Shown: positions 12,900 through 24,700 of the stretch, in pieces
How the letters are laid out: each line of letters opens with the position of its first letter
How positions within the stretch are numbered: position 1 is the first letter of the stretch
Assembly (NCBI RefSeq): GCF_964355755.1
Contig: NC_092675.1
Coordinates: 17,022,912 to 17,086,911, forward strand
Source: Antedon mediterranea
Taxonomy: Eukaryota; Animalia; Echinodermata
Length of the DNA stretch: 64,000 nt
Direction of reading: 5' to 3'
The notes under the pieces: model-generated
What the model was told of the DNA's origin: nothing
The model's input: only the letters and a program-made list of their open reading frames with translations
The model's database searches: none
Made by a program: the position numbers and the translations under genes

Positions 12900-13263
12900 A
12901 CAATTATAATTGTCCCTCCCTTTGTAAATTTGAACCTGCAAGTGAAAAAGAAATTTCTGAAATTGTCAAAAACTCTTGCAGTTTTGATCCAGTTCCTACT
13001 CTGTTAATTAAGAGAACTGCTGTTGTTTTTGTTCCACTAATTACACGTGTCGTTAATCTGTCTTTGGAAACTGGGGTTTTCCCTGATATTTGTAAAATCT
13101 CGCACATACGTCCTAAATTAAAGAAATCGGGTCTTGATCCTGAAAAGCTATCCAATTACAGACCAGTATCAAATCTGTGTTTTCTTGAAACAGGGTTGTG
13201 ATTAGCGCCTTGAGCACTTTTAGTGGATATGTGCGCTATAATTGTTATATTATATTATATTAT
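12900..13263 (+). mobile_element. L2/CR1-clade LINE fragment (RT N-terminus joined to 3' tail) nested in the DIRS
   Basis: SCSFDPVPT...VNLSLETGVFPD..K.SHIRPKLKKSGLDPEKLSNYRPVSNLCFL, then GCGCCTTGAG...GCGCTATAA and a (TTATA)n tail. Confidence 0.85.
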
Positions 13264-13785
13264 GATGTGCCGGCGGAGGGGGTAGCTGCTCTGCTTTAAC
13301 TTCTGCACTCGGGCCGTCCTGTCAATGGACCTTGGTCTTCATAGACCCGCTCCTTAGCTCGGAGCCGCGGTGGTGTAGCTATCGAACTGCTTCTGCAACA
13401 GGAAAGGCTGTTGTTAGAGCATGAATAAGGCATATAGGCCTGTGGATATTTTTGCTCTTTCGCAATTAGATCGACACGCTCCACGAGCTCCGGGGGTCTA
13501 GTTGTGCAACCGGGCATGTAGATAACTGTTAACTTTGTGCGCAAAAATCGAACGTCGAAAAGCGTTACGAAGACGGAATATAGGCTTTGGTTCATGGTAT
13601 GTGAAATCAAGAACGGACAGTATAGCCTACCGTCATCCGTTTCACGACCCCCTTCTTCCCCACCCTTGGCACCCTCCTCGCTCTCACTGCTGCAACAATC
13701 GCTTGCCGTAACTTCGGAGAAATCTCACCCCCGGAACTAGCTGAGGCCTCAGTGGGTGCAGGCATGATTGGAGGTGCATTAGGCT

Positions 13786-15410
13786 CAGTGGTGTTGCCAG
13801 CGGGGAGCTACGGGGGCTCTAGCCCCCTCGTCGGGGAGCCAAGCCTCCCCGTCGGGGAACACGGGTACTTTTTGTCGGGGAATATAATATACAGTAAAAA
13901 ACGTTCGCGTTCCCTTCATACAGCTTCAGCGCCTAGAAAACCACGACGTTCCATTGACCGTGAGAGTACGTCAGAGGGCTATTATGCACTTTTATGCATT
14001 CATTATTGCCAGCGATCTAACTTACTACTAAACATTAGCTAGGTACGCACTTGTCTGGCGGTATCCCTTTGTACGAATCGTTCAACGTTGGGTCGAGGCG
14101 CGTGATATCAAGTTCCATCCAGGGACCAAAATGTGTAATGTAGTTATTTTCCAGGCGAAGTTTACCGATGGTTACCGAAGGGAACACGGGTACTTTTTGT
14201 CGGGGAATATAATATACAGTAAAAAGCGTTCGCGTTCACTTTCGTAGCTAGCTTCAGCGCCAAGAAAACCGCGACGTTTCATTGACCGTGAGAGTACGTC
14301 AGAGTGATATTATGCACTTTATATGCATTCATTATTGCCAGCGATCTAACTTACTACTAAACAATAGCTAGGTACGCACTTGTCTGTCGGTATCCCTTTG
14401 TACGAATCGTTCAACGTTGGGTCGAGACGCGTGATATCATGTTCCATCCAGGAACCAAAATGTGTACTGTAGTTATTTTCCAGGCGAAGTTTACCGACGG
14501 TTACGTCGTGTACTGCGTCGACGTACGCTACACACAGCAAAAACGAATTATGTTAATTGTTCGTATGTTCACCAATTTTTTAATTTACAAGTAACCTTCT
14601 GTACCGTGGGGCACCTAAAATAAATTTTTCATCCATTACTAAACAAAAAAAAACATGCCATTTTCGCTTAGCCAACACCTTATTATAGCTAAGTTATTAC
14701 ATTTTCAATGTCCTGTATGTCATGAATTTCTCACCACTCGGAAGTCCAGATGGTACGCACGCATACACTTGGGAGGAATAAACTTATTTCCCCCACTGAA
14801 AAAGGTCTACGCTTGCGTTTTTTAAGCCTCTAGGCCTGATGTTTCCAAAGTATAAAATGCAATTTTTTTAAGACCTGCAGCTCTAGTTTTAAACATTTTC
14901 TTAGCTCAGCCCCAATGGCAACAATAAAGCTGGTCATATTTCGAAGTACAAGAAGTGCATTTTCCGGGACCTAACATCTCTATTTTTCAAACATTTCTTA
15001 GCTCAGTCACAACCATGATAGGGACTTGTATATTTTGTTTCATGTTTTGAAGTAGGCCTATAATAAGTCCAATTTCCGGGACCTCCAACTCTATTTTTCT
15101 AAATTTTCTTTGAACTTTTATTTTTTAAATTGAAAAATATGGATTGAAACAGTCATCGCGCATCGTTTTTTTGCACGCAGTATTTTATTTATGCATTATA
15201 AAAAATGGAAAAAATGGCTACCCTAAATCTGATTAAAATGACCTCAAATGACGCTAGAACGCGTTGCTTCCGGGGGCACCGCCCCCTGGACCCCACCAGG
15301 GGCCCTTGGCGGCCCCCTGGCCCCCAACCTAGTGATGCTCGCTTCGCTCGCATAGCCCCCTCGTCGGGGAATGTAGCTCCCGCGTCGGTAAGATCCTGGC
15401 GCCACCCCTG
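13786..15410. mobile_element. Non-autonomous hAT element nested in the DIRS
   Basis: Perfect 8-bp TSD ATTAGGCT (13778-13785, 15411-15418); TIRs CAGTGGTGTTGCCAG / CTGGCGCCACCCCTG; subterminal CCCCTCGTCGGGGA repeats; internal ~325-bp duplication (13854-14175 / 14180-14505). Confidence 0.9.
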
Positions 15411-15963
15411 ATTAGGCTATTGTAGCTGCAACCGCGGCTGATCTGAATGTACAAAATGAAGTGTCAACTATGACTCAGCTAGAAAACCAGACCAGTGAGG
15501 CAAGAAGCATAGACAAGATCTCTGACCCTGAAACATGTAGGCCTATATGGAGTTCATGCCAGGCCCTACGAAATGATGTCTAACCAACCACAATGTTAAA
15601 GTGCTAGGCAATATGCATGGTCAAACATTTGACCCTGTAAGATCTAGGCCTCATATGAGAACATGTATCAAATTTAAGAAACTCCTACAAGGCCTAACCA
15701 CTATATGTTTAGGCAGTAGGCTTGAAAGCTGCCTTGCTAGATTTAGGCTGATTTAGGCCTGGCCCCTGTCTGTAGTGCTGCAAACATCTGAGCCAGTTCA
15801 ATGAATCTCTAGTAACCAAGAAAAATCACTTCGCTTGATATAATAGCAGCAATCCCAGTATTAAACTCTCTACAACTGCAAGACACTGCTGTGTGCAAGC
15901 TCTTTGAAGATCCTTTCTACTCTTTCATTATTATCTCCAAAGATAGTGTACACTACCTTTGTT

Positions 15964-17071
15964 GGGTGTCACGAAACCTAAGACCACGAAAGCTAAGACC
16001 CCCTATCCCCTAAGACCTAAGATCACGAAAGCTAAGACCCAAGACCTAAGATTACAAATTCTAAGATATACTACAGCTTAAAAACAATACTTGTTTATCC
16101 ATACATAATAATTTTAAACACAGTAGGTTTCATTTATTACCATAAATATAATTTAATACTACCGCAAAACATAGATAAACTCACATTATTTTCGCCCGTT
16201 GAGTAAATGTATATTTTTTCTTTACAACAAACAAACTTGACGGGTTGTTTGTTGGTATATATTTACTCCAATGTGTTGGTTCAGAGGATGTTTTTCTTAC
16301 GCACCTGCCTTTCTTGTATTTTGACTCCAAATTTGTTGACTACTTTATCCTGAATACCACACTTTAAAATTAGGACTTATAAGTACTTTCAGAAGGAGAA
16401 ACACATAATAACAAATAAATAAATCCTTTAAATTTATGATTTTACAGACGTTTCTTTGTATACTGTAATGCAACTCCGCTCCCCATGCTCAATGTTTTTG
16501 TTTCTATGGAGCGCCAAAAGAGCAAAAATAATAGTACAAGTATAAAAACAGAAAGAAAACGAAACAAAAAAACTTATCATGATTTTTAAGTTAAAATTTA
16601 TTTGCCAGTATTTATTTCTTCGTACTTGCATGATTATACTATTATCATTACAATTTTAATTTTACATTGTTCCATCCACACTGTAGATGGACTCCAACAG
16701 AGTTTTCAGCCCTCTATATAATTTTTGCTCTTTTGACGTTCCATAGAAACAAAAACATTGAGCATGGGGAGCTCGAGGAGTTACATTGCAGTATACTGCA
16801 TGCTACTAGTGTACTGTAGGCTAGTCATTTTGTGTGCGAGAAAAACGTCTGTAAAATCATCAATTTAAAAATGTATTTGTTACTTTTTATGTGATTCTTT
16901 TTCATGAAAGTGCCAATTCTAAGGTGTGGTATTCAGAATAAATGTTGGGAGTTAAAATACAAGGCAGGTGCGAAAGATAAATATTTGTAATCTTAGGTCT
17001 TGGGTCTTAGCTTTCGTGATCTTAGGTCTTAGGGGATCTTAGCTTTCGTGGTCTTAGGTTTCGTGACACCC
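15964..17071. mobile_element. Foldback (Mutator-like) element nested in the DIRS
   Basis: TIR GGGTGTCACGAAACCTAAGACCACGAAAGCTAAGA with TAAGAC repeats; inverted symmetry continues inward (16300-16530 vs 16720-16970). Confidence 0.85.
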
Positions 17072-17854
17072 TATCTTGGGTTATCTCGAAAAGAAATGAC
17101 GGTGGTGGTTGCGGGCAGGCTCCCACTTGAGGGCATAGTTTATGGACTAAACCACTTGTGGAGAGGGGAATGAAAACTTCTACTTTTCGAGTTATATTTC
17201 GCTCTTCGAAGAGAAAGGCTATTGTTGGTTTATCCAGGTCAGCTAGTCACGAAATAGACTTTGTTTTTATATGAATGAAAAGTTTTTCATGCTGGGCCGC
17301 GTATGGCCTGATTTTGCCGCTGGCCCGGTAGACCTTTGTAGCAGTATCAATACCCAGATACTATTTCTACATTCAATTACTTAAATTCAACAAACCTATA
17401 TTTAACGAAAAATGCCAATTACAATAAATAAAAGAAAAAAATAATTAAAAAATGTTTTTGTTAAATAGTCCAAATTTTACCTAATAGTTTTCACTTGACT
17501 AAAAATTGGATCAGGAAAAATATGATTTTCCTGATAAAACCGTAATTTTAATTTTAAAATAACAAGTCAACTGGAAGCCTATTAATGTCTGGAAGTAAGG
17601 TTTTTGGTTAAATATTAATTAATATTAATATTTTTTCTTTACGTTTATTAACTATTTGTTATCAACGTTATTAAAGTTGTGTTAAAGATTTAAAAAAAAA
17701 CTACAAAAACTTTATTATTCCACCATTAGGGCATTGAAAAATAAGTGCTATAGAGTATAAACAAGGATATGATAAGGTTTACAGTATATAATTAATTTTC
17801 CAACATGTCTCTGTTTTTACAGTAATATTTAATAAAAAATGTTCGCTTGTACTT

Positions 17855-18122
17855 TAGTCTAGGGCCTGGGTCAGATTTGTATGCATTTAATTTAGGAGAG
17901 AATATCTCAACTGTATAGGCCTATGTGCCAAATTTTCTATCCGGGGCGAACATGCCCAAAACTGGGGTCAAAGGTTAAAAATGTGCGGTTTTGGGCATGT
18001 TCGCCCCGGATAGCAAATTTGGCACATATCCCATGTTGTTCCTTGGGGTCAAATTATCCTATAACAGTTGAGATATTCTCTCCTAAATTAAATGCATACA
18101 AATCTGACCCAGGTCCAGACTA
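17855..18122. mobile_element. Palindromic MITE, Academ-like (TAGTC termini, 3-bp CTT TSD)
   Basis: ~110-bp near-perfect inverted arms; CTT flanks on both sides. Confidence 0.7.
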
Positions 18123-18199
18123 CTTTGCTTGAAGAAAAATCAATGCTGAAATTGACTTTAAAAAAGAGGGCGGTATCATTATAAAAACGAAAAACACGA

Positions 18200-18576
18200 G
18201 AAATGACCTTTGACAATTAATTCTTTGGGACTCTTTTGAGAGTCGCGAGTTTGTAGTAGATTTGTTGACAAAATGTACTTTCTACTCTACCATTTCAGAG
18301 AGTATCGTTTATGGTTATTGGTACATAATTAGACATTCATAATGTCATACTTTTGTGCCTGACTTTATTTTGTTGTTTTCTTGAGGTAAATGGTTGCAAT
18401 TTATAGGAATTTGTGAAGGCCAAAACTTGTGAGTGAGCAGCTAGCTAGCCGTCAACTCATCATCCAGAGCAGTCCGAATGAAGGTTGCCTGACTGGATCG
18501 GACGGTTATATACATTAAAGTTTAATAACACTTTTGTTTGCGTTTGAAGCGGAAGTAAGTTACGTCCGAATTGAAT
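18200..18576 (+). promoter_or_regulatory. Probable promoter / 5' UTR of the RhoGAP gene
   Basis: Locally raised CpG content and ETS-type GCGGAAGT just upstream of a candidate ATG exon; inference only. Confidence 0.35.
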
Positions 18577-18738
18577 ATGTCGGCAGTAGGTAACAAATTG
18601 TTTTTACCAGCCAATAAACAGCAGAAGAGACCCCCGAAAAGCCAACCATTAACGGACGGTAATCAAAACCAACCAAATCAGGCTACAGGAAGTAATGGAG
18701 GTCTGCAGAAAAGTTCCCAAATTCAAACTGGCAATACA
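18577..18738 (+). CDS. RhoGAP candidate first coding exon
   Basis: ATG...MSAVGNKLFLPANKQQ...QTGNT|GTaagt, phase 0 compatible with 33351; no domain homology. Confidence 0.55.
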
Positions 18739-21700
18739 GTAAGTACTATAGAATAGGATTGTGAATTATTTTATTGAGGCCTAGCCTAATAAATAGCTAG
18801 TGCTCGAAGCCTATTAAGTATTATTATTCGATGAAGTGCCATGTTTTGTTTACTTTTAATATTTTTTTATACCCTGGGCTATCTTAAATTTTTAATAATA
18901 GTAATACAACGAGTTGTACAGTAAATGTCTTTACGATGATCAATAGTGCCATGCCATGCAGTGAATGAACGCCTGGGACGACCAGGCCTCCGGCATATGA
19001 TACATATAGAAAAAACATCCCTCTTAAAAAATGGTGAAAAAAGACAATAGTCAATAAAAGGAGATGGTGAGTAAAAAAAAAATGGCTTTGGTGATGTTTC
19101 AAACCTCGGAGCAACGCTTCAGGAGTCCTTAGAACTGGCCACTCAGCCAATCCCGATTGGCTTACGATGGAGCGATGTCATAGCATATTAGTAGGCCTAT
19201 TTATCAAACGTCTATTGCAAGTTCGTCAAAATATTGATTGTCGTAAGGCAGGATAGACACTATGTTTTTTATATCTCTGTTTTTTGCTTTAATTTATTGT
19301 AAATATTTATTATGTTTATGTCTCCAAAATGTTGCTAATCATAATATGATAGATATCAATCAGACAGATATTTTCCACTACATATAGTATCTACTGTATC
19401 CACAACTGTAACCATGTGTATGGATTTAATCTGATTGCATAAACTTTGTTATTATAAGAAGTTAGGTGTAGTGTAGTAATACTGTAGTAGTATTACAAGT
19501 TAGGTGTAGTGTAGTAATACTACTATATAGTATTACTAAACATTAAAGCTTTGTAAATTTATTATGTAATATGTATACCGGTACACATCCACATCTACAC
19601 AGTAACGTTACATCTATAATGTAATCTGCAGTATTTTTATTCCATATCATCAAAATGTTGAGGTTTTTTAATAGTAAATATTGCAGTTATTGTATTAACT
19701 TTTTTTTATTCTTCAAAGTAGCTGTGATTGCTCAAGTACATGACGACCTTCAGTCAATGTTAATGTCATTAACGCATGGATAATGAATAATATAATCATT
19801 CACTTGAATGCTTAGGTACTTGCTTAGTAAACCTAGGTTATGTTTATTGTTAAATTAATCAATTCAAGTCATACTACTAATGTATATACTTAAGTAGCAA
19901 TACAATAATTACAAACCTACTGTGATGAGTTTTATGAATGAATTAGGATTGTCTGTGAATAATGTGGTTGTGCTACTGTATAGCAAAGTTTAGTGAAGTG
20001 GCTGGTCCAAATTTCATTTAAATTAAATCAATATTGCATCCTCTTCTCCCCCCCCCCCCTCCTTACATCAAGATAATAACTACTGAAATAAGTAAGAACA
20101 TACAGTACTGTTAGCTCAAATCAAAAAGACTTTCAATTAGATTGGATCATGATATTTCAGACTATCTTACTATTTTAGTAATTCTTAATCTCACGATCTT
20201 GACTTTTTGGCACAGGTCTATCGCTAAGATTTTTGGCTTTAATTTTAATTCTGTATTCCAAAACATTTTGTACATTATTATACGCTATGCTTATTTCCGA
20301 CCCTGAGGTATCTTGAGAATTTGGCAGGAACAAAGTGATTGGGCATTAACAACTTGGATTTTAATCTAATTATTTGTATCATACTACTGGATCCAAGATT
20401 TATTGCCTATAGTACTAGTTAGAATAAAGATAACACTTACCAATGTAATGTTGTTTGTCAAATTATAAATAGTGCTTTTAACAATACACTTTCTCTGCGA
20501 TATGGATTATTCGGTATCCTGTATGCAAATGGGCAGACCAGTATGGTATTAAAATGATTATAGAAAATAAAGGCAAATCTACAATAAACCATGTAGTTAC
20601 AAGCACAAACAATAATATTAATTTTGGGGGTCAAACATGCTTATACTGTAGTTAAAATTGTATACTGTACATAGTTCCTTAATGCTTGTTTCACACAATA
20701 GTGTAGTATCACCACTGCATCGTACATATTGCTGTACAATATATATTAGGTAGTATAAATTCTGGAAGAATCTTATTAAGAATTAAAGAAATTGGTGATA
20801 GGTACAGTTTTTAGTATTTCATATTGGTTGCTATGATTATGGCAGAGCATTCGTCACCATTTTGTACAAGTTTTAGTGTTTTCTGGATGACACATTTCCT
20901 GGGCTAGCCTCTGATTCATTCTGGCATGTGAGCTAAAGTTCTCTGCTTTATGTCAATCTTTGACCCTCAGCGTGCTGTTCAACAAACTCCTCATATTTGA
21001 TCTTTGACCTTTATGAAATATGGACATACAGTAATGGTTCATGTGGTGATTTAAGCGAGTTGTATTTATAAATAACTAACATTAACAGTGAAATTTAATG
21101 TAGATAAAAACATTAAATAATGTTGATTTATAACTTTAAAAGTTGTAGTTAGTCATATGGATGTTCAGGCAATTATTTTACTTAAGTGTACAGTACATTA
21201 TAAATTATTTTATGAAAATTTAAAAAAAATAAAAAATTGGATGATTGTACAGGTATAATATGAACCTAGCTCTCATTTTTAAATGCTAAATAATTCAATA
21301 ATATTTATTATTTAGTTAAAAATGTAATTGTGATAATATTACTGTACTATAGTAGTAGTAGTAGTAAGTCTACACCTTGTAGTAGGGCTGGGTGCTTAAT
21401 GTACTAGTAGTAAGTCTACACCTTGTAGTAAGTCTACACCTTGTAGTAGGGCTGGGTGCTTAATGTACTAGGAAAAGTCTACACCTTGTAGTAGGGCTGG
21501 GTGCTTAATGTACTAATAGTAAGTCTACACCTTGTAGTAGGGCTGGGTGATTAATGTACTAGTAGTAAGTCTACACCTTGTAGTAGGGCTGGGTGATTAA
21601 TGTACTAGTAGTAAGTCTACACCTTGTAGTAGGGCTGGGTGCTTAATGTACTAGGAAAAGTCTACACCTTGTAGTAGGGCTGGGTGCTTAATGTACTAGG

Positions 21701-24700
21701 AAAAGTCTACACCTTGTAGTAGGGCTGGGTGCTTAATGTACTAATAGTAAGTCTACACCTTGTAGTAGTGCTGGGTGATTAATGTACTAGTAGTAAGTCT
21801 ACACCTTGTAGTAGTAGGGCGGGGTGCTTAATGTACTAGTAGTAATTCTACACCTTGTAGTAGGGCTAGGTGCTTAAATCCTCTCTAGAAGAATACAGAA
21901 ATGTAGACTTTATAGTGTGAACACACTGGTACAAATAATTCACAATGGTCACCTATAATTCGTCAAATTGGCATTTCCATGAGAAAGGGGCAAAACTACA
22001 TGACCTGAAAATTTCATTCGCAAAATATTATAATGTTATACCTTTCCTGCATTGCATATTAGTTAATTATCATAATTTCTTTAATATTTCGGAAAATATG
22101 AAGAAAATAGCGACATAAATTTAACTAAAGCACTAAATTTCCTATGTAATACGAGTTACTGTACAGAAAGATGTTCTCTCTATGAACTTATTTTTTGGAT
22201 TAAAATGAAAATACTTGTTATAGTTTTTCTAAGAAGTACAGTACTGCATTGTTAGTTGATGTTTAAGAATGTTAATTAATCTTGTGAACAAATTGTTTCT
22301 GTAATTAGACTTTAATATATCCTGGATATAATGTAACGATATACCATTTAAAATTTAATGATGGACATTTATAACATTATTTCAAAGTATTCTTGACATT
22401 ACATGGGTGTTACTTTGTAGCAATAACTTTTCAACCATAGCCTGCTTGCTAGTATAATGAGGAGAATTTAAATTAGCGTTTCCCTTTTTTGTAACACCAA
22501 TACCGATATTCTTTGTTCTATAATTTATTTATTTTTTCTTGCCGGTCTAGTATTGTTCATACTCTTACATTGAAGATTGACCCTCAAGGTTATTGTATAT
22601 GGAAATAACAACACAAACACTAATTCAACTACCAATAAAATGTAGCACAAGTATACCATGGAATAGCCCAAATGACAAATTAAATTCTAGTTCAGAGATT
22701 AGTGTTACATTACAACTTTATTCATTTCATCTATGTGTGATATGGCTATAATTTAACTAATTTAAAAATTATTTAGTGGTGACTACTGTAGTTCATAGAA
22801 TTAAAATATAATAATGTTGTCTTTTTAACCCTTGAATTAGGCCTACTCATATTGTTAAATGTTAGATTATTGGTTTTCCCTACTCGCATATTGTAACAAC
22901 AAATTCTTTGCATACCAAGTTTAGATTTATTATTATTTATTTCATAAATCCTTTAAATACATTAATGCCTTGTTCTTACAAATACATCAGAAGAGGTATA
23001 TTGAAATACACTTTCATACACTACTTATTGTGTATTTCCTGTGCAATATAAACCAATTGAAGATATATTAATCAGAATAATTTAATCACATCCAATAGTA
23101 TACTGTAGTGTGTATACATTAACAGAAAGATATACTGTACTGTTCGTCAAGTATTGATTACATGCATGTCAAAAGCCATTTAATAAATTTTTAAAGATCT
23201 TTTTTTTATCTTCAACAATGGTATATTCCTTGCAATTTGACATAAATATTAATCGATTTCTTGATTTAAAAAATCATGTTTGAATATGATTATTGACCAG
23301 AGTCACATAGATTAACATAATAAAGATATACAAAACAAAATGTACAACAAAAAAGGCCCTGGCAATAACAAAAAGTCATATCCGTCAATGGCCATCATCT
23401 TCATCACGAAACATTGGGAAATGTGACGGAGCTGACCGTGACGGAGATGGTGTATTTAGCTTAGGACAGCCCAGGATCACCCCGTAGGCATGTCTAGATA
23501 CCGTGAATAAATTGTACTTCCAGTTGAAAAAAACAGAAATTATAATTATTTAATGAGTTCTATACCGTTAGGATATGATGTTCAATAAAGGGACTCAACT
23601 AAAATTGTTCTAAAACCTCGTTTTATTGGCTTTTTTCCTCTTTTATTGAAAATAATGTGCGGCTAGTTTTATTTCCATATCTTCGTATATTTACAAAAGC
23701 ACAATCAATTCCTTGCCGTTCAATAAACTGTAGACAGCACATTTAAATTATGTGACGGTATATGACACAAACCTGTGGGACAAGCTTTTTCCAAACAAAA
23801 ACAAAAAGAGTGAGATTTAATATATGTAGAGATGTATTTTGAATAATAAAATCGCATGAAATCATGATTAACTAACTTTTTACAAAAGTCCTGTTATAAA
23901 ATATATACGGTGATTATAAAATTGAAGATGTACGATCGGGACATGAGGTTTTAGGGGGTTGCTTATAAAAATTAACAATATCAATGTTATTATCTTTGGT
24001 TTATGTAATTATATTACAATAATGTTGATTATGATACAAGTCAAGAATTTTTATTTTTTTATGATGAATTTTCAGTCTCTATTCCACCAAAGTATCGGGA
24101 CACGATTTAGACACTTACTGAAGAATGACCCATAATAGGAGTTAGCTTTTTAAATTTCAGTTCCCCTTCAAGTCTTTTGAAGAATATAAAATCATCTACA
24201 TATGCATGACGTACTACACTTTATTACCTTTTTCGCAGGTTAACATGCTCTCCAAGACAAGATCACGTTAATGACTTCCTGAAGGTTCATATAGAACATC
24301 ATGATAAAGAAACTCACGATAATTTCTGAATGTGAACCTATGTCGATCATACCCAATGTACCATGAAATGTCTGTATTTTGAAAAATGATGTCTATTTTG
24401 TGCCTATAGTACATATACCTGGATAGCCTTTAAAGTACCTCCAAGAGATAAATTCTACAAAAAATAAGAAAAGATTAGATCACCCTATCAGATAATGATG
24501 TCATCATTTCTTTTCTTGTTTTGTGTATGTAGTGTACCAATCACAGGACCAATCATCAGCTTTGCATTCCAATTTTGTACATCAACACGTTTCATGAATA
24601 ACTTTCACTCAGAAAATGTAATAATCCTAATAAAGAAACTCACGATAATTGAATCAGATTTGTTTGCATGTTATTTTGCCTTAATTACAATTTGCATTAT

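Larger units (their letters stand above)
11003..17260 (-). mobile_element. Degenerate DIRS1-like tyrosine-recombinase retrotransposon with nested insertions
   Basis: ~160-180-bp imperfect inverted terminal repeats (11003-11160 vs 17078-17260). Minus-strand remnants lie in DIRS order: RT (F.MET..., GWAATID, LPFGGLSTAARV, GIQIVKYL..WLIV), methyltransferase-like WAYAIPPISILPLVL, YR N-terminus FLHYLF / QVRTVSGYRSALGAVIPTFKDGLSISTSP..SLLCGMFRE. Confidence 0.88.

Noticed and set aside
11543-13740. GC-rich ORF cluster as a bacterial or viral horizontal insert
   Set aside because: Explained by DIRS and L2 remnants.
21361-21876. CRISPR-like array
   Set aside because: Units are head-to-tail without unique spacers, there are no cas genes, and it lies in a eukaryotic intron.
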